DNA of 63,325 bases, counting the filler, from Hausera hauseri (Eukaryota), in assembly GCA_046269625.1 (NCBI GenBank). It is 12 parts of 12 records of this genome, joined end to end, with 100 filler letters (N's around TTAATTAATTAA, not from the genome) between each part and the next. Parts side by side here need not be neighbours in the genome. Positions count along the whole stretch, not along the records: positions 23,462 to 27,428 come from JBJURY010851191.1; positions 27,529 to 32,155 come from JBJURY010497686.1; positions 32,256 to 41,758 come from JBJURY010355487.1; 9 more parts are not named here. The stretch is one strand, 5' to 3'. The notes below the pieces were generated by a model that searched no databases, was not told the origin of the DNA, and was given only the letters and a program-made list of their open reading frames with translations. Numbering within the stretch: the stretch's first letter is position 1; every line of letters begins with the position of its first letter. Of this stretch, positions 23,622 through 36,060 are shown piece after piece. The position numbers were made by a program, and so were the translations under genes.

Positions 23622-26600
23622 AACACCGATACTGAACCCGACCTTCATTTTCATCCTTGAAGCAGCCGATTTTGTTGGTAATCGCGCTGCTGTACAACGG
23701 ATGATCCGGTGGTTGTTGGGCATATCCAGTAATCCATCTGATTACATTTGCTGCAGTAACTGTTCGCGATTGACTTTTCTCAGCCGCAGGAAAAAACTGT
23801 CTGTCACTGGCAATTATATTAATGTCACAGCCGTCAAACATTTGCCGGTAACGTGCCAAGTCGTGATGCTGTAGCTCATACATCCGCAACTTACTCAGGT
23901 CCAATACCACTTGCCCGATGTAACTTGGTCGGTCCAGAACGACTTAATCTCTGTTTAAAAGCACCACAACCAATCCACCGGCAATGTGCATTGACCGCCG
24001 AAACTGTGCCTTGCTGGTATACGTAACTAGCCGCTTTTTCTGTTGCATAGGCGTAAATTGAGCCGCTTTTCAGATTCTCCACTGTTTTTCCGTACAGGGT
24101 ATTGTTTTGCAGCTTGTAATAGTCCTTTTCGAACTTTGTAAAAGGTGCGGCTGGTTTTTCCGAATTTCCATCCATGTACGCCTTGAATATGGGAGCCTGA
24201 GCAAATCGGATTGCACGATGCAATTGTGTGATGCGTACACGGAGCTGCATGCAGAACTGTAGCATACGCGAATGGACCACGTAATTCAGCTTCGGTTCAT
24301 GCGTCATGAGCAGTTTCTTCACTTTTGAGCCTGGCAAATATTGGTTAAATGGTACGACCGGTAAATCATCCAAAACGTTATGCAGCTCATCCGGTACCAC
24401 GCGATCGACCTCCATCACGTATCCGAGTGAGTCTGCCATGTCTGCTCGTGGTATGTTGACCATTATGTCGTCCAGATCTTGTCTGTCGACAACCCATTCG
24501 AATGATCCGTACGGCAAAGGTTGCAAAAGCGCCCTGTCATACAGGTTATTAATATCCATATACAGCAGTGATGTGGTATCGGTAGCACGGACCTGATGCT
24601 TGTTCACAAATTTCATGCCGCCGTAATACCAACATCAAACAACTGGTACATTTTCAGGTCTTGCAGCAGCTCAATGTATCGATCAAGTGACATTAGAGCT
24701 GACGCCAAACTCATCCCCGGTATGGAATAAAAGTTGAGTGGCCCCAACCTATCTTCAGCCAACACTTTCGCTCGAAACGCTTGAAGCACATTGGCTAATA
24801 AGTACACGTCAAGTTTAAGATACTGGAACATGTAATCCAACATATTTCTACAGCCGAGTTCTTTCCAACACCTCTGCCCGTTCCGGTATTCATTGGCTGC
24901 GATACCAGTCCATCACGGCTATATTCCTCTGCTGTCCGGAGTCGCTAATATGATGTAGCAAAGTCATGTGGAAATGTCTTTGCTGCGTGCAATATGTGCA
25001 GGGAACTGCGTCAGTGTTATCGGCACATCTGTCAAGGCATTTACCAGCTTTGCCAATGATTCATTGAGAAATTGCAATGAATCGAGGAAGCGTACCTGGA
25101 ACCGGTTTATGCATGCTGACAGGGACAGGTACTTCTCCATTGTTGGGATTATGGATAGTTCTCAGTGTGGAAATCCTTTGATGGCCCATTTCAGTATATG
25201 GTGACAATCATAACCTCGGAAATTATGACAGATCACCGGTAGGAATGGCCGCACACGCCCTGTTAAATTGCATGCGTTGCATGCTGCTCCCAGGTATCGA
25301 CCGGTTAAATGATCATGGTCCGGTACGAGCCGTTCCTGTGCATCAAAAGGCAATATTTTGTGGCAGAGCTAACATTCATCGGCGGCAGCGAAAAGCAGCG
25401 GTTCATATTTGTCTGTCCATATCAAGGGCTTAGTGTTATTGTTACTGTACCATGGTGCGATTTCCCTTTCCACTGTCGCTTCCAACAGTTGCAAGAAATC
25501 GCGTATGCATTTCCAGCCATGAAAAACGTAATATTGTGGTTGTCCAGGGGATTTTATTGGAACAACGAACATACCGATGGCGATTGGAATGTGCTTTTGG
25601 TCGTATGCGTTGTGCCCCGGTAGGATTGCCTTGATATCGGCATATACCACATGCCGGACTGTCTGTTTTCGATCAGTCACTGAATCTCAGCTCCTTTTTG
25701 ACTGGCATGACATACATTGTTGTCCCTGATGAATTTTCTCTGCACAGCGCCACATGTTTTTCCCATGTCGTTTTTGACCTGAAACCATGCAGACATGTAG
25801 GGCACCATTTACAGTTTATACGCTTTTTGATGAATTGGTTGTGTTTTATGTTTAGCAGTCCATTCGGGTTCCGACTGCGATAAATTATATCCACATGTGG
25901 GTTTTTGTATATCTCTTTGTCTGATGGTATTTCTACGATTGCGTTGTACCGGAAAACGTTGATTGCCAGAGTAGAATTACGCCGTTCAAATGTCGGGATG
26001 GATTTCAGTTTCATTGGCATCCAGCTTTCATCGAATTCCAATTCGGAAAAATACTGCCGATACTGCTTTGGACGATTTGCATGATTTCTAACCACTTCGT
26101 CGTATTTAAATATAGCCAGAATACTGTAAATAAAACAGTATTCGTCGTCGGTATTTTGTACATTCACTACCGACAGAGACTGCTTCAGAGCTGCAGATGT
26201 CGGTATGAATGATCGCCCAGACAAATAAATTATATCACTTGACTTTGTTATGATAAAGCCGAGAGTGTCAATTTTTATAAATCGCTAGCCACTACCCTTT
26301 TCGGTGTAGTTGGCGATTTTTTCATCCAACTTTTCGCCTACATCGTCGATAAAATCTTCCGAATGTGGTACAGCTCGATGTGATAGGTACCATTGTTTCC
26401 TGTCACCTTAAACATTTTCAAATTCTGCAAGTGCGTAATATTGCACTTTGCAGTGTTTTTGTTGGAATTTCTCTAGTTCCAATTCTACCCGGTTGCACAC
26501 TGGACGGAACATGCCTCAGCTGTAGTGTTGTTGTCCCCGACATGTTTACTTTCATGTCCATGTACGATTTGTTTAGATCGTACTTGACAGTAATGGAAGG

Positions 26601-27315
26601 TTCCTGCTGTTGCTGCTGCTGCTCGGTACTCTTTCGGATGTATTCGTCAAGACTTGTTGAGGTCTGACGCTTCCTGCTTGTTGAGGGGATACTGGTTTTT
26701 CTTGTCGCCACGACTATTTCCTTTTTGGATCGCTAAAACTGGTTCAAGTTGTCCTTGTGCTGGTTATAAAATTGTTCATAGTTGATTTCATCAACTATAA
26801 AACAACCGGGACAAACGTAGTACCGTTTACCGTGCACCGTTGTGGCGCCATAGTACTGCAGCATTACATCATGGCAACCATCAACGTCATGCATTCTATT
26901 ACTACAGTATCGCGGGTACGTGGGGCAATGCACAACCATCATCTTCTTCGACTGCGTAAACGGCCCAAGATGATGCTTGTGCATCGCATAAAAGTCGGGT
27001 ATGGACAGCGGGTTGGAACATCACACGTTGGACATACATACGTGTCCGGACCAATTTTGTAATATTTCGCCATCTCTTGATGGCACTGATCCACCTCATA
27101 TATGCGATAGACGCAACACATGGGATATTTCTTGCATTTCTGAATGAGAAACAAATTAAAGTAGATGTTAAATATCATAAAAAATATATAAACTCATTTA
27201 TAATTTAAATTAAAATTCACTTAAATCGCACCTTATACCGCTCTTTCTATGGTGGCGGTGGTGGTAGTGGTTGTAGTCTCAGAGCTTAACTTACTGAGCT
27301 ATAAACATATACCAT
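23622..27315 (-). pseudogene. Polinton pPolB lineage A including two N-terminal Cys/His units and a putative first intron (27312-27140); 3' end truncated
   Basis: Collinear with 5430-8970 and 42467-46510: VVNVQNTDDEYCFIYSILA, DHDHLTGRYLGAACNACNL, HNFRGYD, DINNLY, K..NNTLYGKTVEN. Confidence 0.9.
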
Positions 27316-27342
27316 TTTCAGCACTTAATTTGTATAAATCAA

Positions 27343-27428
27343 ATGGAAGAATATATTGAAAGTGAAATTCAGAGATTGACCGATGACATTTTGACCGGAC
27401 GTGTTTGATATACAATTTTTATGTGAGC
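27343..27428 (+). pseudogene. Start of a conserved small gene divergent from pPolB
   Basis: MEEYIESEIQRLTDDILTGRV..QFLCE is homologous to 42182-42446 (-). Confidence 0.55.
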
Positions 27429-27617
27429 NNNNNNNNNNNNNNNNNNNNNNNNNNNNNNNNNNNNNNNNNNNNTTAATTAATTAANNNNNNNNNNNNNNNN
27501 NNNNNNNNNNNNNNNNNNNNNNNNNNNNTGATAAAAACCATAGTGTCGCATATGGACATTATTCTATTTGATTGTATTTTAATAAATATTTATTTCTTCT
27601 CATCGCTTTTCATAAAT

Positions 27618-27880
27618 AAGGGGTGGGAAAACCGCTTTGTTCCATGGTGGGAATATTGAAGCCCAATTGGCTTTGTTCCGGGGTGGGAATAGTGAAACCA
27701 AATTGGCCCCAAAGATCCTTTGTTTCGTGGTGGGAATAGTGAAACCCAATTGGCCCCAATGCTCTCTGATTCGTCCTCTGCTCTTATTGGCTTACTTCCT
27801 TCCCCCCGATGACGTGTCCTCTTCTCATTCGACAGTTTTCCTTCCCCACGATGACGTGGTCTCCTCCTATTGGCTTCCTT
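27618..27880. promoter_or_regulatory. Short tandem repeats with clustered GTGGGAA, ATTGG and TGACGT motifs
   Basis: GTGGGAA at 27623, 27647, 27683 and 27730; repeated aattggc; TGACGT at 27810 and 27852. Confidence 0.45.
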
Positions 27881-28099
27881 CCTTCCCTGGGGGGGGTTTG
27901 GGGCCAACTCCTCCTTTCCATCTACTTTAACAATTGTACAGTTTTTGTACATACCGCCACCAACACCATCGGAACTGCCCACCTGGACCTCTATATCATC
28001 TATCAATCGTATATTGTCGTTTTCCGACTGGATCCACACTATTTCAGTCTGCACTGTCTAATAATATTTAGATAATAAATTTACAATTTTATATTCACA

Positions 28100-29075
28100 T
28101 TACCTTGTTTGGGTTTCAATTGTACACCTGTCGATGTTAAATGTCGACAACAGACTGTCCACTGTACGTGTCAGAGTGGAGACCGCGGCTTTCTCTTTAA
28201 ACTGGCAAATAGTTTGGGCTTGATGCTCCATCACTTTCTGGAAATGAGCCACCTGTTGACTCAACTGCTTATTTTCTGTCTCTTATCTTCATTTGCTACC
28301 TCCACACCTCATTTTCCTGTGCCAGTTGCCTTTTCTCATCTGTACTTCTTTCGGCCAGATCTCGAACCGTTTATCGAAGTTCGTATGCAGTCTCGGATTA
28401 TTAACCGGCTCTAACTGCACAGTTTGCAGTGTTTCTGTTGGCCCAAGTTTCAGTCTAAGGCGATTTATCCGACGCCGTTTGCACTGATCCCTCCACTTTC
28501 CAACCAGCTGATTCTTCACGACAAAACGCTCTGCGTGTTATTACATTCCTGCTACCTCTGTGCCAACTGAGCCTGTCGATGTTTGGTCATTTTAATTTGA
28601 CCGCTAGGTGGCTCAATTAGCGTTTTGATTGACCGTTTCTTGCCTATGATTATATCTTTTTATCGGCAGATTTTTTCTTCTCTGGGAAGAATTCGTCATC
28701 TGAGTCTGTCAGTGCGATATCCATCCGTAACTGATTGATGGACACTGGAGCTGCATTCTGTTGTACGCTGGTGTTGGGCACTAGTGTTTTCTGCTGCTGG
28801 ACACTGCTGTTGGTTGTACTTATACTTATTTGATCCAAATCGACTGTACACGTTATCTGTTGCGCATTTGACTGTTTCCACCGATCACTTTCGTCCGGTC
28901 TCTGAGCTTCTGTTAACTTTGCACCTTCATCAATAAGTTGTGTAAGACCTCCACTGTTTATTGTCGCACAAAATAAAGATAAAATGATGACAAACGCTGC
29001 CTTATATACTTTGTCGTACTCCTTCTTTTCTAAGGACATTATAGTGTGCGCACATGGTTTTAAATATGACATCAA
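28100..29075 (-). pseudogene. Unknown disrupted ORF divergent from the pPolB at 30357
   Basis: ORFs 28650-29075 and 28289-28519 read as pieces of one protein-like sequence. No recognisable family. Confidence 0.3.
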
Positions 29076-29239
29076 AAAATAAAATTACATGATTTTTCGG
29101 ATACACATTCACACACATGATTTCTTTACGATACACATTCGCACATATGGACAGTTATAATATATTACGTTGCGGGTTATTTACTAGGTTACTAGGCAAC
29201 AGAGCGAAAAAATAGACATTTTACTTTTCGGTATGTTAA

Positions 29240-30005
29240 ATTAATCAACAAAATTTCATGTTCCGGCAACAGTAATTACATTTACTTAAATTAATATAAC
29301 TAAACTGTTGATATAGTTTTATTTCATAAGTCTTAATAAAACTATATACGACAAAATTACATAACACACGACTAATTTTTAATGGTTAAATTTTGCCTAA
29401 CAAAATTATAACTCATGATTAAAATTTTATTTTTAACAAAACTATAACACATACGAATATAATGTAGTTGTAAAATTATATTAGTCTAACAAAACTATAT
29501 AACACACGATTACAATTTTATAATTCTTTAACAAAACTATATTACATTCACATACACAGGAATATAATTTTGTCTTTAAAATATATATTTAACAAAACTG
29601 TAACACAAAAATATATTTTTGTCACATTTTATAAGCCTTAATAAAAGTATATAACAATTATAATTTTGTCACATATAACTCGTAATAAATCTATATATAA
29701 CACACATTGTCTTTGAAAACTATATAACAAATATATTTTTGTCACATTATATATATCTTTAGAAAACTATATAACACGTATGACTATAATATCTTTGAAA
29801 AATTTTATAATTATTTAACAAAACTACACAACACACATTAATATCATATTGTCATTGTAAAATCTTGTAACAAACAATTGTAATTTTGTCGTTATATTAT
29901 TCCTTATTAAACCTTTATAACACACGATTACAATTTTACAAGTCCTCTATAAAACCAAATAACACAAACTAATAAAAATTTATTGAAAACTATACATTTT
30001 ATACA
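29240..30005. repeat. AT-rich degenerate minisatellite (~35-60-nt units)
   Basis: More than ten recurrences of taacaaaacta(ta)taacacacga...aatttt(gtc). Confidence 0.8.
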
Positions 30006-30277
30006 TTCGCATAGCTTCTACATGCTCCACGGCTAGTAATTGTCCGTCTCCGTTATAAATGGAGAAATATAGACTGGTTCTTCCACATTGAGGACACTAT
30101 TCTTGTATCCATTGACTTATACATGGCAGGCAATACCTGTGGATACATCTGACTGGTGTGACATGCGTATATCGTATATTGTCCTGGAAAATGACGCAGA
30201 AGTCACATTGAGACAAACTGTACATTGTTTAATAATGATTTATTACAACATATTGCTAAGTTATATATTTTTTATCC

Positions 30278-30310
30278 TCCAATTTGATTGGCTGAAATTT
30301 ACTATAAATA
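30278..30310 (+). promoter_or_regulatory. Candidate CCAAT + TATA promoter of the pPolB gene
   Basis: ccaat-ttg-attgg followed by ctataaata, about 50 nt upstream of ATG 30357. Confidence 0.35.
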
Positions 30311-30356
30311 AAGTATTCTTTTCTACAAAAGTGACAAATTATTTCAAACGATAAAA

Positions 30357-32155
30357 ATGGTATATTTTGTTATTTCTTCTTTTATTTCTTATTCTAGAAT
30401 TGTGAATACAATTATTGTACCAGCCAAATTCATTCGCCGAACAAATGCGATGATACCATGTCCAAGTACTATGGCATTCAATTGCACGGATCAGTTTTCA
30501 TCTGCCCGTAATGCGAAGTTTTTACTGGGATACGATTCCCAGAATTCAAACATCGTCATCAGCAACACGTTTTTTATTTCAGTAAGTCAAAAAAATCAAT
30601 TGTCAAAGAACATACGGATATGATTAATATGGCCAAACAATTCGTTGTAGATCAGCAAGTACGACCAATATCTATCCAACAACAACCAGTCAAACGGACA
30701 GTGAAGCATAATCACAGTGGAAATAAGAAACGTAAACTTGACAAACATGAAAACGCGTGTACGAAAAATTAGACTGTACAATTTGTTGTTGGTAATAATT
30801 ATGTAAAGCTTTGTTTTGATGTGGCGCCTGACCAAATGACTTCTACTTGACCGTCTGATGAAATACTAACTACCTTACATCTGTACACTTCTCCATTTCC
30901 ATCTTGTAAAGTTCCGTATGGTTTTGAGAATGCTGAAGGAGATACAAAGGAGACTTATATTTCACATAGAGCTGTCCCTTATGAGCAGTCTTATCCAGAT
31001 TAGGTAGCTAATATTTTACAGGATAAAATTGAGAATTTTGTTGAAATGGGTAGTGAGTGGAAAGTGGTTAAGACATTGAAATACCGTTTTCATATAGTCA
31101 AAACTAGCCCACTACCATACTTGGCTGGTAAGTCCTACATTGTAACACCTGAGGCTTTAAAAAATGCTATGGCCGATATAAACGTACAAAACGAGGACAC
31201 ATTGTGTTTCTTATACTCTATTCTGGCAGTGACCAAGTATTCTCTCTTTGATTATCATCATCATAGGAAGAGTTAGCAATTACATTTATTATTTAAACGA
31301 GCTGAAATATTCATTGGATGACATGCCAATGAAAATATGCAATATAGGCAAATTTGAGAGGCAGAATCCACAGTTGTCAATTAATGTCTTTTTGTTTCAT
31401 GAGAAGGATGATGTGGATTTTGATGAGGACCGTGAAAAATCCATTCGTTGATATTTTGTATTGCACCAAAAATATGAATGGTACTATAATAAACTTGCTG
31501 ATTGTTGACAATGATGATCACTTTCACTATGTTGCTGTTCCCAACCTCAAGTTACTGTTAAATATGGATAGTAATAAACTTAGAATTAAATGTAAACATT
31601 GGTATGAGAAATGTCTGCATGGCTTTAGCCTTGACACTGCTTACGCTAAGCATTTACCAATGTGCAATTCGTCAGCCAAATGCATGACATTGTACAAAAT
31701 GCTTGAAAATAAGTTTTGCGAGTTTAAGGGCTAGGCAAATCAATAAGTCCTCCTTTCGTCGTTTATGTCGACTTTGAATCTGTTTTGTGTCATAATGATA
31801 AATTAAAGCATATTCATTTGCCTGCCGCAGCCGGGCTCTTGTTAGTTTCACCAACAGGTATTGAATATAGACAATTTATACGTGAAAATTCCATAGTCGA
31901 GTTTCTGGCCTCCTTAGATGAAATTTCTAAAACAATAGTTTTCCTATGGTACGAAAGTGCCAAAAAGCAAATGATCCGGTTAACTACCTCTGAATGGTTT
32001 CGCTTAAAAAACGCCGCAGCATGTTACTTTTACCATGAATAGGGCACTACATTTGTTTGAGATCACTGCCATGTTACAGGTAAATACTTAGGCCCAGCAT
32101 GTAATAAGTGTAACTTGTCTCTTAAGATTAGAGTTAATTTATTTTTTATATTTCA
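30357..32155 (+). pseudogene. Polinton pPolB lineage B, 5' half: ATG exon, 38-nt intron, one Cys/His unit, TP, vOTU, ExoI, HNH
   Basis: FENAEGDTKETYISHRAVPY...MGSEW; INVQNEDTLCFLYSILA; HFHYVAV; VVYVDFES; DHCHVTGKYLGPACNKCNL. Confidence 0.88.
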
Positions 32156-32917
32156 NNNNNNNNNNNNNNNNNNNNNNNNNNNNNNNNNNNNNNNNNNNNT
32201 TAATTAATTAANNNNNNNNNNNNNNNNNNNNNNNNNNNNNNNNNNNNNNNNNNNNAACTTACTTAATTTGAGGATTTGCAGAATTTAAGCGGGAACTCTA
32301 ATATTTCTTCAAAGTTTAACACAGTTAGTTATTGTCATGTGTTTTGGGCATAATATAGGCAAAAATACGTCAAAGAATATTTAATCACTTAAGATATTGC
32401 ATGATGATATTGGCTTAACACCTAATATTACCAAAATTGCACAACAATGTACCTAAAGTAATCAGACTTATTTAAAAAGAATATTTGAAAAACCTTTCCA
32501 GATAGCCAAAAAATTTCCAAATAAACCTTTGCTGAGCCCATATTGTAAATTTAAAATCAAAAAGTCTAAACAATATATTTGTCTCATAAATCAGAATTAA
32601 ATTTGTCTCATTTAGTAACTCTGCTAGAACACTGGGCAAAATATCACTTCGGGATTTAGACATGCCTCTGATTAATTTGTTTAACTCCTCATCGTTTCAA
32701 ATTACCAATAGAGGATGCTGGAGAATATGGTTCTTCTATTACTAAAATGTGAACTTGTGAAATTAAGCTTTTTTATATCGGCATATATTCAGGATTGATT
32801 TATCAAAAAATTTTGGTGTCTTGGGCGACCTCTAAATATTTTCTATTTGCCACAAAATTTTTACCTAACCATTGTCTCATGTAATCAAACATTTTTATGA
32901 GGTTGGAGGTGTATATT

Positions 32918-33539
32918 TCAACTTTTCATTTTTAAGGACCACCCTTGTGTATATTCACCGCTGGAATCTGCTGTAGTGTCATTACTTGAACTTTCCAACA
33001 TTTTCTCTGGTTTTTGTTGGCTCCCCGAGCGTGTTGCTGACAAAGCCCTGCATATTCTCTTTTTCTCTTTTATTTTTTTCTCATGTGACCTTTGTTTATG
33101 TTTCTGTAGATCTTTGTCTACTTTTGACATATACATCTTCCATTCACTTCTTAAATTTTTATCGACAGCAATCATCTATTTGTGCAATGTCAAACAGTAA
33201 GGCTATCTCTCTCTGGAATGCATTTTCTGCAGTTTTTTGCGACTCTGATGAACGTCCTTTGTTCTTTTTCAGTAGACGCCATAACGTGTGAAGGTTTTCC
33301 TGTTTTTCTATTGCATGGTCCTTTCGTATCATCGGAATGGGTGGCTTTGACCACAGTAGCAACAGTTCGTCAACTGTATGATAACTAGAATTTCTAACAA
33401 AATTCATATCGCAGATGTAAGTGAAATCTCTGATTACTCTTTGGATTGTATGCAATTGACGCAACATATCAAGAGCATTTAAGCTGCAACGCCCGATCAG
33501 GTAAATTTCCTTGTCCGATTTGGTAATTGCAGATGCCAT
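32918..33539 (-). mobile_element. N-terminal fragment of a DNA transposase (hAT/hATm-like), frameshifted
   Basis: LW.K..IP......I.K...L...W..LKK...R......E..F......LFDIA...M..VD pattern recalled from invertebrate hATm-type transposases. No catalytic core seen. Confidence 0.4.
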
Positions 33540-34160
33540 TTCAATTGAAATAACTTATCAAAAAATGAATAATCTATAGCATACAAAATACAACTTTATG
33601 TAGCAGTGTGGTATATTAACTCATTTCAAGCACGGAAATTACTGTACTATACCTGATTTGATCTATGGACTGTGGCTACTGGAACAGTTACATAAGCTTA
33701 ATGATCATTAGGTCTACCATTAAACACTAATATTTAGGTTTAAATATCCTAGTTTAGTTTCAAACTATAAGCACTTCCGGGATACATACCTGTAAGATTT
33801 GGCAGAACTCTTGCGTTAATTTGTACAGTTTTTTACAAGATCTAAATGATGAATTTGAATCATTTAAATTATTATAATTTATTACAGTAAAAAGCTATTA
33901 GCTGAATTCAAATGACCTTCACCTTCTAGAATACAAGCACATGTTGCCACAATACTGCGTTTTTATTGCATTAGTAAAAAATAACAGTCACCTTGAAAAT
34001 GCAACAATAAAACAATAGGAATAAAACTGCTTTTAACTATAATCTTATCAATGGTGTACAAAGAGGTCCATTGAGCATCATCTGGTTGATCAATGGGCTT
34101 TACAGCAAAAGGAAAAAATAGGGGGTGGGATGGTCTGTAGCTGAAAGTTTGGTTTATATA

Positions 34161-35297
34161 CAAGGTGACAATTTTAAATTGGACCATTTTTAAAAATAGT
34201 TTTATAAGAATATAAGTAAAATAGCATCTTAGTAAGCTAAATATTAAATAAAATAAACATTTTATTCAAATAAATTTACAAAAAAATTATTCAATATAAC
34301 CACCTTTTGCTTGAACACAAGCATTTAAGCGCTTTGAGAAATCTGATGTAACTTCTCTTAATGCTCTTTCGTCAATTTCACTCCACGCTTTTTGAAGTGA
34401 CGTCTTTTAATGAGTTTAAACTTTTGTGACGTTTTGAACAGACTTTCTGCTGCAAAATGTTCCATATAGAAAAGTCCATAGGGTTTATATCTGGTGAGTA
34501 AGGTGGTCATTCTTTAGCAGTTATGAAAGATGGAAAATGTTCTTGTACCAATTTAGTGTGAATTTTGCTCTATGTAAAGGAGCAGAATCTTGGATTCGGT
34601 TTTTGAATTCGGCCAATTATTGCTTTTTCTTTTGGTTGGCTTGTTGTCCATATTCTGTCGTTTCGGCGATTAAAGGTTTGTTCTGAAGTGAAAAGTTTTT
34701 TATCTGTGAACAAAATGTTATTCAAATTTTTGAGGTTGTCTGATTGCAGAAGAGCTTGGCATCTTTCGAGTCTCATTTGTTTTTTAGGAGTAAGTTCTTG
34801 GCACTCTCTAATTTTGTAAGGACGATATCGGAGCTTCTTTAAGACAATTTTTCGAACTCTTTCTCCATTGACTTTGAGTTCTTTCACTACTTGTCGCATC
34901 GAGCACCTTGGATTGCGCTTCGATCGTTTCTTAAATTTGTCAACCATTGATGGTACTGCCACGGTTTGCTTTCTTGTGCGCTTTCTATCTGATAAATTTC
35001 ATTTCTCATTAAATCGCTTGATAGCATTATGGATTGTTGTTTTTGCAATTTCAAGTGTTTTTGAAATTTCTCTCTTGCTTTTTCCACTAAAATGCAATTT
35101 CACAATTTCTTTTCGTTTATCTTTTTTGTTCATACTTTTTCACCAGTATATTGTTGTGTAAACTTTCAAGCTATATGATTACAAAAAAGTTAATGGTTAA
35201 TGATCATTCAAGTGTTAATGATTACAAAAACATGCAATTATAAACAAATTTTTTGCAGTACTCAGTTCAGGTGGTCCAATTTAAAACTGTTACCCCG
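34161..35297 (-). mobile_element. Tc1/mariner superfamily maT (DD37D-like) element, internally deleted
   Basis: 26-bp TIRs (caaggtgacaattttaaattggacca / cggggtaacagttttaaattggacca, 22/26 identical) flanked by TA. ILFTD.KLFT.EQ.FNRRNDRIW and PPYSPDINPMDFSIW. Confidence 0.88.
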
Positions 35298-35349
35298 TAT
35301 ATCATTTCTGTGCTTCATAACAACGGCAGTGAACCAAAATTTTGTCATA

Positions 35350-36060
35350 ATCATGATTTCTCCGATAGGGTACCTCAATGTAATCAACTTTTTCGTTTTG
35401 CAAGGGAAGTCTTACAAGGATATTTTTGATCAACTGGAAATACATACCAAAATGATGCGCTATCACTGACAACAGTGAAATACTGGGTGAGCGAGTTCAG
35501 ACGTGGGAGGACATCAGTTTGTTATGACCCTCGCGAAGGAAGACAACAAGAAATGTGATTCTACAGATGAAAAATTGCTAGACATTGTGCGAAAAGATCG
35601 ACCAATCTCTGCAAAAGTGTTGGCAACTTACTTAAACATCAATGTCAGTAGTGTGTTCGCCAAACTTAAACCTCTTGGCATCAAAAACTCTGTTCCGGGT
35701 TCGTACTTCGCTTCCTGTCAGGTGAAATAATGCAGAATAGTCTAGAGAGCTGCCAAAACAACCTGAAAATTTTGGAACAACATGGGGACAAATTTCTGCA
35801 CAATATTATAACAGAAGATGAAATACCACTCTCCGTGTACTTACCTGAATCTAAACGAGACTCAATGGACTTTGCAGACAAGTATACCACAATCAATGCA
35901 AAGTATTACAGTGACCTTTTTGTAGGTGCCCGTCGTGAAAGAAGGAAAATCAGAGACCCTCTTCTGTGATTTGTACACGATAATGCACCTATTCATGCAA
36001 CGGGTGTCATTATGGGATGGTTTGAACATAGTCAAATCAGCATTCTTGATTGGCCGACCG
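35350..36060 (+). mobile_element. Decayed mariner transposase fragment
   Basis: TVKYWVSEFRRGRTS...DPREGR, FLHNIITEDE.....Y.PESKR.SM, TINAKYY, DNAPIH. Confidence 0.8.
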
